64,000 bases of DNA from a virus, in IMG/VR virus record IMGVR_UViG_3300012931_000019, positions 18,154 through 82,153 of that record. One strand, 5' to 3'. Under the pieces are notes generated by a model. It made no database searches, was not told the DNA's origin, and was given only the letters and a program-made list of their open reading frames with translations. Position numbers and translations under genes: made by a program. How positions within the stretch are numbered: position 1 is the stretch's first letter; the number at the start of each line of letters is the position of its first letter. Positions 20,761 through 31,516 of the stretch are shown here, piece by piece.

Positions 20761-21393
20761 ATGGTTAAAGATTTTGATGTGGACACATTATATGATGACG
20801 ATATAAAAAGTTTGGCGCAACTTAACCTTCCAGACCCTTCTACTTTAGACTATTATAATCGTTTAGCACATAGAGAAATATTTTGGAATGCTGAAATTGA
20901 TGAATCATTGATTGAAATATCAATGTTAATTCTTAAATGGAATCGTGAAGATAAAAATGTAGAAATTGAAAATCGAATTCCAATTAAGATTTATATTAAT
21001 AGTGATGGTGGATGTGTGAATAGCGTTTTTAATTTTATCAATATAATTCAATTATCAAAAACTCCTGTTTATACAATTGGAATGGGTAAATGTTATTCTA
21101 GTGGTGGATTACTACTTATGGCTGGTCATAAACGATTAATATTTGAAGACACTGCTTGTTTAGTACATGACGGTTCAACGGGGGCATTTGGTACAACTGG
21201 TAAGGTTATAGATAGTCTTGAGTTTACACAAAAAATCGAAGATAGAATTAAAAAATATATATTAAAAAATACAAAAATCACTTCTAAATTATATGATAAA
21301 AATTATAGAAGAGATTGGTGGTTATCTGCCGAAGAAATTGTTGAAATGGGTATTGCAGATAAAATAATAACCGACTTAGATGAAATATTATAA
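20761..21393 (+). CDS. clpP: ClpP-family serine protease
   Basis: IYINSDGG, CYSSG (Ser), LVHD (His), RDWWLSAEEIVEMGIADKI. Confidence 0.9.
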   Translation: MVKDFDVDTLYDDDIKSLAQLNLPDPSTLDYYNRLAHREIFWNAEIDESLIEISMLILKWNREDKNVEIENRIPIKIYINSDGGCVNSVFNFINIIQLSKTPVYTIGMGKCYSSGGLLLMAGHKRLIFEDTACLVHDGSTGAFGTTGKVIDSLEFTQKIEDRIKKYILKNTKITSKLYDKNYRRDWWLSAEEIVEMGIADKIITDLDEIL

Positions 21394-21396
21394 GAA

Positions 21397-21663
21397 TTGA
21401 AAGGGTTTATGATGAAAGACGAATATATAGAATGCGATTGTTTAAATTGTGATAATGATGAGTGCGAAACTAAATATGAAATTATGGAAGCTATTGAAGT
21501 AGTTGAAGATATCGTAGAATCAATGGATTGTCATTGCTTGAGTTGCATTAAGAATGCAGTAATGAAAGCGTACTTAGACGGAAAAGAACAGGGTTATACG
21601 GATGCTATGTTTGAGATTCGTGAGCATGTTAATGACAGTTTAGGGATTGATGACGAAGATTAG
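21397..21663 (+). CDS. Small acidic Cys-containing protein
   Basis: 88-aa ORF in operon context. Confidence 0.6.
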   Translation: MKGFMMKDEYIECDCLNCDNDECETKYEIMEAIEVVEDIVESMDCHCLSCIKNAVMKAYLDGKEQGYTDAMFEIREHVNDSLGIDDED

Positions 21664-21801
21664 ATTCAAATACTAAATTCATTGGATTTTGAGCAGATTA
21701 AGCCCACATGAATAGTGTGGGTTTTATTGTACTCAAAGAGTATAAATTTATTGGCTTTAAATATTGAATGTGTTAGCCAATCACATTTTAGGAGGAAAAT
21801 T

Positions 21802-22611
21802 ATGATGTATAATTCAAAGCTGGTCGTTTCTTTAAAAACAAAAGATGGGAAAATAATTCGTGAACATGGTGAGATAGTTAATCTCCCATTCGGGATGGAA
21901 TATTCGCTCATGATTAAGAATTTAGAAGCACGTAAAGCAAAAGTAAAAATTGAAATTGATGGAACAGACGTACTTGATGGAAATTCTATTTTAGTTAATC
22001 CAAATCAAACTCTTGAATTAGAAGGATTTATGAAAGGGAATAAAGCCGTTAATTCTTTCAAATTTATTGAAAAGACTGAAGAAATATCTGAATTTCGTGG
22101 TGATAGAATTGACGATGGAATAATCAAGGTCGAGTTCGTTTTTGAAAAAATGAAACCCATAACACAGCCAATTACTTATACAAATTATCCGTCATATACT
22201 TGGTATTCCGGGGCATATGGATTAAGAGGAATGGATATTGGTTCTTCTGGTTCTTCTGGTGGTTGTGGTGGTAATGTAACAAAATCTTTATCTGCTACTG
22301 CCGGAGATTGGGTAGCAATGGAAAATTCATGTACTGTTTCTGCAAGTTGTTGTAGTGTAGATTCTTATGGAAGTACGGATGGTATAACAGTCAAGGGACA
22401 AGAAGTTTTACAAGATTTTAAATATGGGTATATAGGCGAATTAGAAGAACAGTCTCACGTAATTTGTTTGAAACTGCAAGGATATAAAGACAATAATGAA
22501 AAGGTAGAACAAATTATAACGGTAAAAGATAAATTGCAATGTAAAACATGCGGTAAGTTCTGCAAATCAAATGCAAAATTTTGTGATAGGTGTGGAACCT
22601 ATTTAGAATAA
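21802..22611 (+). CDS. Hypothetical phage protein with C-terminal double-CxxC zinc ribbon
   Basis: AGGAGG RBS favours the start at 21802; IEIDGTDVL, CKTCG...CDRCG. Confidence 0.75.
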   Translation: MMYNSKLVVSLKTKDGKIIREHGEIVNLPFGMEYSLMIKNLEARKAKVKIEIDGTDVLDGNSILVNPNQTLELEGFMKGNKAVNSFKFIEKTEEISEFRGDRIDDGIIKVEFVFEKMKPITQPITYTNYPSYTWYSGAYGLRGMDIGSSGSSGGCGGNVTKSLSATAGDWVAMENSCTVSASCCSVDSYGSTDGITVKGQEVLQDFKYGYIGELEEQSHVICLKLQGYKDNNEKVEQIITVKDKLQCKTCGKFCKSNAKFCDRCGTYLE

Positions 22612-22813
22612 TAAAAGTTAAAAATTAAAATTAAAAATTTATTTCTATTTTTGGATAGATATAGTCCACAAGAGTTATTATTTAAGTTATTTTATTTACT
22701 CTCTTGTGGGCTTTGTTGTGTTCGAGATGGAACATGGTGTTAAAGAAGCTGTTTAATTTGAATTTTAACCACCTTCTTTTTGTTGGAGTATAGGATATAA
22801 GGAGTTTTAGAAT

Positions 22814-23137
22814 ATGGTCTATTTTCTGACTAATGCAGAAAGGAAATATATAAAAATAGGTTATACCAAACATTATTTAGATATAAATAAGAGGATACGT
22901 CAGCTTTCTACAGGTTCAAGTTCAAAATTATATCTTTGTGGTTATATTTTGGATGGCACAAAAGATTTGGAGAAAGAGTGCCACAAAATGTTCAAAAGAG
23001 TCAATCTTGAATGGTTTGATGTGACTGATGGTAGACTTATAGACTATATAAATAAAAATAATGATCATCCTGTTTATGTTGATATAGTAGATGGTCAAAT
23101 TATGGTATATGAGAAAATTGAAATGATTAAAGGGTAA
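22814..23137 (+). CDS. GIY-YIG superfamily nuclease (T5orf172-like)
   Basis: VYF...YIKIGYT...RIRQLSTG...EKECHKMF...EWF. Confidence 0.8.
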   Translation: MVYFLTNAERKYIKIGYTKHYLDINKRIRQLSTGSSSKLYLCGYILDGTKDLEKECHKMFKRVNLEWFDVTDGRLIDYINKNNDHPVYVDIVDGQIMVYEKIEMIKG

Positions 23138-23178
23138 GGAGTTTTTAGCTCCTTTTTTAATCGGAATAGAAGGAGGGG

Positions 23179-24216
23179 TTGAGAATGCTTAAAGTTGGTA
23201 AAACAGTTAAACCTAAAACAGCAAAATCTAAAACTACTAGTAATAAGCAATTAACTTGCGCGGCATGTGGAGAACCTAAAAATGAAGGAGAATATTATGT
23301 AAGTTATAACTCAGTTCATTCTACTGGACGTATTCCATATTGCAAGCTATGTTTAAAAAAAATGATAAGTGATGATAACGGAATAATTGACATAAATAAG
23401 TTAAAAGAAACCTTAAGATTAATCGGAAAGCCATTTTTATATGATTTGTGGCAAACATCTGTGGATGACAATGACGATACTTTTGGAGTTTATATGAAAA
23501 ACCTTGCCCTAAAACATAATAGATATTTAGATTGGAAAGATTCAATATTTAAACCTTCTGATGATATAGAAAAAATAGAAGATGAATCTATTAAAGATAT
23601 AAGTTTTAAAGTTACTAATGAAATTATTAATAAATGGGGCGAAGGGTATAAGTCTGAAGAATATAGAGCATTCGAAAGGAAATATGAATTTTTAAAGAAT
23701 AATTATCCTGAAAAGACATCATTACATACTGAGGCGTTATTAAATTATATCCGGTATCGTTGTAAGGAAGAATTGGCAACTGCAAAGGGTGATGTAAAAG
23801 AAGCTAAAGAATGGTCGTCTATAGCGGCAAAAGCCGCTACTGATGCAAAAATTAACCCTTCTCAATTATCAGCCGCTGACTTACAGGGTGGATTAAACAG
23901 TTTTAGTGAAATATCTTTAATGTGTGAACAAGCTGTAGATATTATAAAAGTTTTGCCAGAATTTAAATACAGACCTGTTGATGCCGCAGATTTTATAATG
24001 TGGTGTTATCTTAATTATGAGCGCGATGCACAAGGATTACCAATGGTGGAATATCGTGATGTTTGGCAGTTTTACGATAAAAGGAAAAAAGAATATATTG
24101 ATCAATATGGTGATCCTTATGGAATTTTTACCGACGATCCTACAGAAAAAAATAGACCGAATATAGAAAAATTTATAATATTGCCAAAAGATGAAATAAG
24201 TGAATCAAATGAGTAG
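23179..24216 (+). CDS. Putative terminase small subunit (YonG-like)
   Basis: CAAC...YCKLC zinc motif, KWG motif; overlaps the start of the large terminase. Confidence 0.65.
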   Translation: MRMLKVGKTVKPKTAKSKTTSNKQLTCAACGEPKNEGEYYVSYNSVHSTGRIPYCKLCLKKMISDDNGIIDINKLKETLRLIGKPFLYDLWQTSVDDNDDTFGVYMKNLALKHNRYLDWKDSIFKPSDDIEKIEDESIKDISFKVTNEIINKWGEGYKSEEYRAFERKYEFLKNNYPEKTSLHTEALLNYIRYRCKEELATAKGDVKEAKEWSSIAAKAATDAKINPSQLSAADLQGGLNSFSEISLMCEQAVDIIKVLPEFKYRPVDAADFIMWCYLNYERDAQGLPMVEYRDVWQFYDKRKKEYIDQYGDPYGIFTDDPTEKNRPNIEKFIILPKDEISESNE

Positions 24217-25951
24217 TTATAAAAATTTTCAATCAGATAATAAAAAAAATACTGCCAATAGAAGTGATGTGAATAACCCAGAATTTAATCCAACAGTTTC
24301 TGCTTTAGGTGAAACAGAAAAAGAAAATTTTAACAGAAGTCTTAATAATTACATAAGATTTGTAAGTTGGGCGCGTTGGTATCCCGATTTATTTCTAGAT
24401 TTAATTAAACCAAAAACTGGTGGTATTACATTGGATTTAGATCAACGAATATTTTTACGTTCCTTATTACGTTTTGTTAGTACTTATGGAGTGTTTCCGC
24501 GTGGATATGGAAAAACGTTTATTGAAGCATTAGGAATGTTTATTGTTAGTATATTTTTTCCTAATGTAGAATTGGCATTAACTGCACAAACCAAACAAAA
24601 TGCCGCTGAACTTCTGAAAGCAAAATATAATGAAATAATTAAATATTATCCTATATTAAAGAATGAAATAATGGGCAATCCCAAATTTTCAAAAGACGAT
24701 GCAGAAGTCAATTTTATGAATAATGGGAGAATTGATATCCTTGCTAATTCAAAATCAAGTTTAGGACAAAGAAGAAAAAGAATAAATGTTGAAGAATCAA
24801 ATATTGTTGATAAAGATTTATTTGATAATGTTATAACTCCAATAGTAGAAGTTCCTAGACTTACATGTGGTAAATTAGCTATTCGTGACCCAGAAGAATT
24901 AAATCAACAAATTAATTATTTTACAACTACTGGATTTCGTGGTTCAGACGAACACATTAGAACAATTCAAATGTGTAAAAATATGATTAATCTTACTGGA
25001 GATATAGTATTGGGGAGTAATTGGCTTCTTCCTTGTTGGTATGGAAGAGGATCAAGTAAATCTCAAATATTTGAAAAAAAGAAAAAGATGTCTCCTATTG
25101 CATTTGCTCAAAATTATGAAGAAAAATGGGTAGGTAATGTTGATGGTGCATTAGTTAGTATTAACAAGGTTTTAAAATTAAGGAATTTATCAGAGCCTAA
25201 AAATAAAGGTGATAGTAAATATGAATATGTGTTGGGTGTTGACGTGGCACGTTCACAAAATACTGCTAATAATCAATCTTCTGTAGCGGTTTTTGAAATA
25301 CATAGAAATTCAAATCATAAAATTATTGAATTGCCATTAGTTAATTTATATACAATTTCTAATGCTAAAAATTTTACAACTCAATCATTAGAAATTAAGA
25401 GAATCAAAAATAAATTTGGCGCAAAGATGGTAATTTGTGATAGTAATGGTTTGGGTGTCGGATTAATTGATGCTTTAATGAAAGAAACTTTTGATCCAGA
25501 TACAGGAGAAAATCTAGGTTGTTGGGATACAATTAATACTGATGCGGAACCGGAAATATCTGGTGCAGAAAGGTGTATTTATGATTTAAAACCACAATCA
25601 GCACAGAGCAATATTATTGTAAATTTCATTGATGTAGTAGAAAGCGGTAAAATGAGACTGCTTGAGAAACATAATGATATAGATTATGAATTTGATGATA
25701 GGGAAAATTATGTTGAAAATATTTTACCTTTTATTCAAACAGACTTCCTAATTGAAGAAATATCAAATTTACAGTTAAAAACATTGCCTAAAGGTGGAAT
25801 AACAATAGAAAGAGTTAATACTAAATATAATAAAGACCGTTTTTCAGCAGTTGCTTACGGTGCTTGGTATATTATTAATTTTGAAGATAACTATGTAGAT
25901 GATAGTGGACAAAGTGATCTAGAATTTCTTGCACAATTTGCAATGTTTTAA
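24200..25951 (+). CDS. Terminase large subunit (YonF-like)
   Basis: Walker A PRGYGKT, Walker B INVEE, nuclease LGVDVA...DRFSA. Confidence 0.92.
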   Translation: MNQMSSYKNFQSDNKKNTANRSDVNNPEFNPTVSALGETEKENFNRSLNNYIRFVSWARWYPDLFLDLIKPKTGGITLDLDQRIFLRSLLRFVSTYGVFPRGYGKTFIEALGMFIVSIFFPNVELALTAQTKQNAAELLKAKYNEIIKYYPILKNEIMGNPKFSKDDAEVNFMNNGRIDILANSKSSLGQRRKRINVEESNIVDKDLFDNVITPIVEVPRLTCGKLAIRDPEELNQQINYFTTTGFRGSDEHIRTIQMCKNMINLTGDIVLGSNWLLPCWYGRGSSKSQIFEKKKKMSPIAFAQNYEEKWVGNVDGALVSINKVLKLRNLSEPKNKGDSKYEYVLGVDVARSQNTANNQSSVAVFEIHRNSNHKIIELPLVNLYTISNAKNFTTQSLEIKRIKNKFGAKMVICDSNGLGVGLIDALMKETFDPDTGENLGCWDTINTDAEPEISGAERCIYDLKPQSAQSNIIVNFIDVVESGKMRLLEKHNDIDYEFDDRENYVENILPFIQTDFLIEEISNLQLKTLPKGGITIERVNTKYNKDRFSAVAYGAWYIINFEDNYVDDSGQSDLEFLAQFAMF

Positions 25952-26009
25952 TTTAAATAAAGTTATAAATAAAATAATATATATTATTATTGAAAGGAGG
26001 TAAGTTCTA

Positions 26010-27659
26010 TTGTCTCAAAAGAGCAGTCGTTATAAAAATACTAATAAAAATATAAATACTAAAAATATTAGTTCTAATATTCAAAATGAAGAATTGTCAC
26101 AAGATGAATTATATGATGTTCTTGAATTTGCAAGGAGAGTATATAGTGGCAATATAACACCAAATGTATATACACCTGAACTTACCAATGCAAGGATGAA
26201 GGATTTAAATTTAAACCCTTTGTCTGCAACTGAAACAAATATAGAAACGGCATTAAAAGACCCTAAAAATAATGAAAGACAATTAATTGGTTACAGTGAA
26301 TTCTTTTATTTAACATCTATGATTTATAAAAGAATGCTTGGATACATAGCACAAATGCCTTCTTTTGATTATACAGTTACTTGTATTAATGCAAAGAAAG
26401 AAGATTATAAATCTGAGAAATATCAAAAAGATATGGATGCGGTTTATGGTTTCCTAGACAAGTTTGATGTTAAAAAAGAATTCAAACAAATTATGGATCA
26501 ACTACTTTTAAATGAGACTTATTATGGCGTTTTAAGAGATGAGTCAACAGATAAATTTGCATTTCAACAGCTTCCAAATGATTATTGTAAATTAACTGGT
26601 AGATGTGAATATTCTTTGTTATTTGACTTTAATATGATTTACTTTTTTAGTCAGGTTGGAGTGGATTTAAGATCATTTCCAAGGATTTTTACAGAATATT
26701 ATAATAGAGTACTTGATATGAAGAATAATGGTTATTTACCTTCTAGTACTTTAGATAAAAGAACTGGTGAATGGGTCTATTGGGTTCAAACAAGTCCTGA
26801 AGATGGCATGTTCGCATTTAAATTTAATATTGGGAATGTAACATCTATACCGTATTTTGCACCGTTGTTTTCTGATGTGGTGCTTGCTCCATTAATGAGA
26901 AATTTGCAAAAAAATGTTAATATCCTCAAGGCACAAAAAATATTAGTAGGTTTGATTCCTTTATTAAAAGACCCTAAAAGTGGAAGTGTAAAAGATGCAG
27001 TTGCTATTGAAGCAACGACATTAGGTAACTTTTTAGGACTTTTAAAAGCAGGACTTCATGAAAGCGTGAAGGTCGGCGGCGTTCCTTTCTCTGATCTAAA
27101 AGAAATAGATTTTGATACAACTAACACAAACATTATGGATGATTATACAAAGACTACCTCTGCAATGTCTGGAATAAATAGCAGATTAATATTTGCAAAT
27201 GATAAAATGTCTAATGCTGAAACGCAAGCTTCTATTGATGTTGATGAATATTTGACTCTTCATATTTACAATCAATTTAATCAGTGTATGGATTTTCAGA
27301 TTAATAAGTTAACTGAGAATTTTAAATTTAAGTTTAAATTTCAAGGAACTGAATTTAAATCAAATAGGCAATTTAGACTTGATAATGCAATTAAACTTGC
27401 TGAACATGGGGTTGTTTTATATCAACAAATTGCCGCCAGCATTGGGATTGAACCTCATGATTTTATTCGTCAATTAGAAGAAGGACAGGCGATGGGATTT
27501 GTAGATTTATTAACGCCTATGATTAGTATGTATCAAACTAATGGTAATGAATCAATAGATAAAGGTGGAAGAGAACGAAAATCTGATAATGAATTAACTG
27601 ATTCAGGTTCCGCGACTCGTGATAACGGTTCTAATTTAGGTCGAGGTGGAAAAATATGA
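26010..27659 (+). CDS. Portal protein (YonE-like)
   Basis: 549 aa directly after TerL; C-terminal KGGRERK tail typical of portals. Confidence 0.85.
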   Translation: MSQKSSRYKNTNKNINTKNISSNIQNEELSQDELYDVLEFARRVYSGNITPNVYTPELTNARMKDLNLNPLSATETNIETALKDPKNNERQLIGYSEFFYLTSMIYKRMLGYIAQMPSFDYTVTCINAKKEDYKSEKYQKDMDAVYGFLDKFDVKKEFKQIMDQLLLNETYYGVLRDESTDKFAFQQLPNDYCKLTGRCEYSLLFDFNMIYFFSQVGVDLRSFPRIFTEYYNRVLDMKNNGYLPSSTLDKRTGEWVYWVQTSPEDGMFAFKFNIGNVTSIPYFAPLFSDVVLAPLMRNLQKNVNILKAQKILVGLIPLLKDPKSGSVKDAVAIEATTLGNFLGLLKAGLHESVKVGGVPFSDLKEIDFDTTNTNIMDDYTKTTSAMSGINSRLIFANDKMSNAETQASIDVDEYLTLHIYNQFNQCMDFQINKLTENFKFKFKFQGTEFKSNRQFRLDNAIKLAEHGVVLYQQIAASIGIEPHDFIRQLEEGQAMGFVDLLTPMISMYQTNGNESIDKGGRERKSDNELTDSGSATRDNGSNLGRGGKI

Positions 27660-27696
27660 TAGAACGAAAATCGTTGATTAAGGTAGGTGAGAATAT

Positions 27697-28221
27697 TTGG
27701 CAAATAGTTTAATAAATGAGAAAGTAGAGAACAGTTTAAATTTGATAATTAAAGAATTTTTCTGGGGTAATAGATTATTGGATCGTATAATGACGAATCT
27801 TGTAATTATGTTTGTAATGCCTAAAACAGAATCAACACTTCATATTCCTCTGGCTCATAAATACCCATTATTTTCAGATGAATTAGGCGGATATATGGAA
27901 AGAAGAAATTGTTTAGTTGGGTATTTAGATACTCCCGCCGATATGACTGTGTATAATACCCCATTAGAAGCATTTCAGAAATATTTAGATTATCAGGTAG
28001 AATTAGAAGACTTGATTCAAGAAGCGATGAATGTAGCTATAGATGAAGGTGATATAATGACAAAAAAGTTTCTTAATAACCTTTTATTAGAAGTTGGTGT
28101 TTATACTAATCAGGCTTTATTATTAGTTGATAAGGCTGGAATGTATGGTAATGATAAGTTTGCTTGGATGATGATGGATGAACATGCAGAAAGTTTATTA
28201 CTTCCAGAATTACAAGGATGA
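27697..28221 (+). CDS. Ferritin-like four-helix protein
   Basis: Helical pattern ...AMNVAIDEGDIMTKKFLNNLL resembles the ferritin helix D motif. Confidence 0.55.
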   Translation: MANSLINEKVENSLNLIIKEFFWGNRLLDRIMTNLVIMFVMPKTESTLHIPLAHKYPLFSDELGGYMERRNCLVGYLDTPADMTVYNTPLEAFQKYLDYQVELEDLIQEAMNVAIDEGDIMTKKFLNNLLLEVGVYTNQALLLVDKAGMYGNDKFAWMMMDEHAESLLLPELQG

Positions 28222-28231
28222 TGATTAAATT

Positions 28232-28423
28232 ATGAAGTTGAAAAGTAAATATATGAAATGTTTTAATCAAAAAAAATATGAAGAACTCCTTTCTTGTGGA
28301 TATAAGTTTTTATATGAACAGAATGGAGTTTATTATTTTGAAAACAATGAACATTTAACAAGAAAATTCAGTGGTGAAGATGTTTTGGAAGGTACTAAAA
28401 CCTCAACCTATATTGGATTATAA
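28232..28423 (+). CDS. Small hypothetical protein
   Basis: 63-aa ORF between portal and protease genes. Confidence 0.65.
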   Translation: MKLKSKYMKCFNQKKYEELLSCGYKFLYEQNGVYYFENNEHLTRKFSGEDVLEGTKTSTYIGL

Positions 28424-28443
28424 AAATTAGAGAAAGGAGGTTT

Positions 28444-30612
28444 GTGCTTTTGAAAGAAGTTATAAATTTTGAATCCGAACTTTTTAATCTTTCTAAAATC
28501 AATCCATTAGTTACTAGATATAAGCTTTTTATAGCATATCCAGATGAACCAGCAAACAATTATATTTTTAGTAAAGAAGTTTTAACTAATTTATCTCCAA
28601 CAATTCGTGGTTGCCCTGTAGTAGCAGGATTTATGAATGGTGAAGATGGTAGTCTTCTTGGGGGACATGAAGGAGATTACGCCATTAACCAAAGTAATAG
28701 ATTAAAACCTACTCCAACTCCTATTCCTGTTGGTTTTTGTGCTTATGATATTGATCCTTGGTTTGAATTGTATCAAAAAAGAGAATATTTAACAACATTT
28801 ATCTATATCTGGGACGGTAGATTTCCTGAACTCGAAAATTTGTCTGAGAGAAAGATATTTCAATCAATGGAAGTTGCTGTGGATGATAAACAAGAAGGAA
28901 GTTATAAAATAGTACAAGAAGCATGGGCAATTGGACTGTGTTTACTTGAAAATGTAGACCCCGCTTTTAAAAATTCTCATATAGAGTTGTTTTCTAAATC
29001 TGATAATAAAATTCAAGTTGAAACAGATAAATTAAAAAATGAATTTGAGCATTTTACAGATAAATATGCTGATTTGGATTTTTCTATTCCTAAAAAGGTT
29101 AAAACCAATGTTCAATTAGGTTTGGATTTACATAGTGAATATGGTCATGGTGGAACTACCGTTGCAATATCTCTTGCTAGGTATTTGATTAAAAATACTA
29201 ATATTGTCCCTGAAAAAATCAGGAAAATTTCAAGTTATTTTTCCAGACATACAGGAGAAGATTTAGGAGAAGAAGATTCTAATAAATATATTTCTTGGCA
29301 ACTTTATGGTGGAGATGAAGGATATAAATGGTCTACTAAAATAGTTGATGAAATGAATAAAATTGATGAAACAAAACTCTCATATATGAGTTTAAATAAA
29401 GAAGGTGAGATTTTGATTAAGAAGTTTTCTGTAGACGAAGACAAACTTGGAAAATCATCTGCAATTGATATTAAAAATGATAAAGAGAGTTCTGCCGCTG
29501 GTGAATGGTCAGACCCCGGAGCCACTTTATTAAATAAGTTATTAGAAGCAAGCAATCATACGTCATTAGTTGATGAAGCTTATTTAGTGATTGATGGAAG
29601 TAATTCTGATAATTTATCTACTGATGATGTACATTATCCACATCATGTAATAAAAGATGAAGATTTGGTAGTTCATTATCGTGGAGTGCAAGCCGCTTTA
29701 AGTAGAGCAAGATCACAAGGATTAACTGGTGAACCAATTTCACATTTAAAGAGACATTATAAAGAACTTGGCTTGAATATGGATAATTTTGCAGAATTCG
29801 ATTTAACCGAGGAAGATTATAATTATATGTTTGCAGATGAAAAAGAAAAGGAGGAAGGTGACAAGGTGAGTATAGAATTTAGTTTAAATTCAGATCAGGT
29901 AAGAGAAATTTTAAGAAATGCATTGTCTGAATATAAATATACGTGTGGAGATTATGAATACAATAAATTTTATGTTGAAACTTATGATGATACTTATGTT
30001 TATGTTTATGACTGTGAAGATGGAAAATGTTACGGGATTACATATCAATTAGAAGATATGATTGCTACGATTGACATTGAAAGTAAAAAATTGGTTATTG
30101 GTGGTGGCTTTGAATTCGTTGATGAAAATAAAGGTGAAGGAGCCGAAATGTCTTCTAATGCTAACGTAGACAATGGTGCAATGGAAGCTCTTAATGAAAA
30201 TGCCGCAGAACAAAATAAAAAATTAGCGGATGAACAATTGGAAGTTGATGATAAAGACAAGGTTATTGCGGGACTCCAAGAAGAAATGTCTAAAATGAAA
30301 GACGATATGGATGTTTATATGAAAGAAAATGAAGAATTGAAAACATATAAAGCCGATATTGAAGAGCAAAATAAAAATTTTGAAGTAGAAGCTACTTTGA
30401 AAGAAGTTATGAGTGTTTTACCAGAAGAAGAAGTTGAAGCTTGCAGAACGTCAGCAAAAGAATTCTCATTAGAAAACATTGGTGGTTGGAAGAATGAAGT
30501 TCAGGCAAAGGCTTTTAAATTTTCTAAGGGTATCCCCGATAAAGAACCATTTGTAAGAATGCCTTTTGTAGAAAATAAACCGAAAACTGAAAAGAAAGGT
30601 TTATGGGATTAA
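28444..30612 (+). CDS. Prohead protease/scaffold protein (YonD-like) with extra domains
   Basis: GGH, QSME, GLCLL...VDPAF protease motifs; acidic coiled-coil C-terminus. Confidence 0.8.
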   Translation: MLLKEVINFESELFNLSKINPLVTRYKLFIAYPDEPANNYIFSKEVLTNLSPTIRGCPVVAGFMNGEDGSLLGGHEGDYAINQSNRLKPTPTPIPVGFCAYDIDPWFELYQKREYLTTFIYIWDGRFPELENLSERKIFQSMEVAVDDKQEGSYKIVQEAWAIGLCLLENVDPAFKNSHIELFSKSDNKIQVETDKLKNEFEHFTDKYADLDFSIPKKVKTNVQLGLDLHSEYGHGGTTVAISLARYLIKNTNIVPEKIRKISSYFSRHTGEDLGEEDSNKYISWQLYGGDEGYKWSTKIVDEMNKIDETKLSYMSLNKEGEILIKKFSVDEDKLGKSSAIDIKNDKESSAAGEWSDPGATLLNKLLEASNHTSLVDEAYLVIDGSNSDNLSTDDVHYPHHVIKDEDLVVHYRGVQAALSRARSQGLTGEPISHLKRHYKELGLNMDNFAEFDLTEEDYNYMFADEKEKEEGDKVSIEFSLNSDQVREILRNALSEYKYTCGDYEYNKFYVETYDDTYVYVYDCEDGKCYGITYQLEDMIATIDIESKKLVIGGGFEFVDENKGEGAEMSSNANVDNGAMEALNENAAEQNKKLADEQLEVDDKDKVIAGLQEEMSKMKDDMDVYMKENEELKTYKADIEEQNKNFEVEATLKEVMSVLPEEEVEACRTSAKEFSLENIGGWKNEVQAKAFKFSKGIPDKEPFVRMPFVENKPKTEKKGLWD

Positions 30613-30640
30613 TTATAAATATAAATAAGGAGGAAATTTC

Positions 30641-31336
30641 ATGGCAATTAGTGATGTTATTAAGGCTAAACTTAATAAAATGAATAGAGCCGCGCAAGAT
30701 GCAGAATTGGGAACATTGATTCAGGGATTTCAAGTAATGACCCCTAATTCAACATCTGGAACTATATTAACAAAAACATATTTTGCACCCGCCGTTTCTG
30801 CCGCAGTTAGTGGTATTTCTTATCATAAGTTATTTGCCGTTGGTGATGTGACTGGAACTACAGCTTATGGTTTTGGTGATCCAACTAAACCAACTACTGG
30901 TATTATGGGATGCTTCGGGCGAACTGCTATTGCAACTGCCGCAGTTACAGATACAGCCGCAGATTTTAGAGTAATTAATAAACTTGTAAATACAGGGGCA
31001 AATAATCTTCAGGGAGCTTATATTAAGGCTAAGAATTATTCTACGGGTACTGTCGGGGGAGATTTAGTAGGTGCGTTTATTGAAACAGTTAATGATGGTA
31101 CTGTAACTGGTAAAACAATTGGATTAAAACTTGGCAAAGATACGGGTGCTATAAATGCGGATATTCAGTTTACAAGTGGTGCTTATTTTGTTGCTTTAAC
31201 TACTGCAATAACAGCAAATTCAACAACCACTACTGCACCGGCTGGAAGCATTGGGGTTACTACTAATGCAACAGGCGTTGGAAAATTATTTATGTCAGAT
31301 GGTAGCAAGTGGCAATATGCTTCGGTTTCGGCATAA
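30641..31336 (+). CDS. Virion structural protein (head fibre or decoration candidate)
   Basis: G/T/A-rich; C-terminal PAGSIG...GKLFMSDGSKW motif; lies in the head operon. Confidence 0.6.
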   Translation: MAISDVIKAKLNKMNRAAQDAELGTLIQGFQVMTPNSTSGTILTKTYFAPAVSAAVSGISYHKLFAVGDVTGTTAYGFGDPTKPTTGIMGCFGRTAIATAAVTDTAADFRVINKLVNTGANNLQGAYIKAKNYSTGTVGGDLVGAFIETVNDGTVTGKTIGLKLGKDTGAINADIQFTSGAYFVALTTAITANSTTTTAPAGSIGVTTNATGVGKLFMSDGSKWQYASVSA

Positions 31337-31350
31337 GTTGGAGGACATAA

Positions 31351-31482
31351 ATGAATATTGATTCATTGAATGAAAGGAAACAAACTCTTGAAGAACAACT
31401 AGAACAAGCTATGGCAAATGTAAATGCTATTATGGGTGCAATTCAAGAAGTTGATTATTGGATAAATCAAATTAAAAATTAA
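31351..31482 (+). CDS. Small coiled-coil protein, 43 aa (not in ORF track)
   Basis: GGAGG RBS; MNIDSLNERKQTLEEQLEQAMANVNAIMGAIQEVDYWINQIKN. Confidence 0.7.
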   Translation: MNIDSLNERKQTLEEQLEQAMANVNAIMGAIQEVDYWINQIKN

Positions 31483-31516
31483 AATGAAAAAGAATAATTA
31501 AATGGAGGTATAAAAC

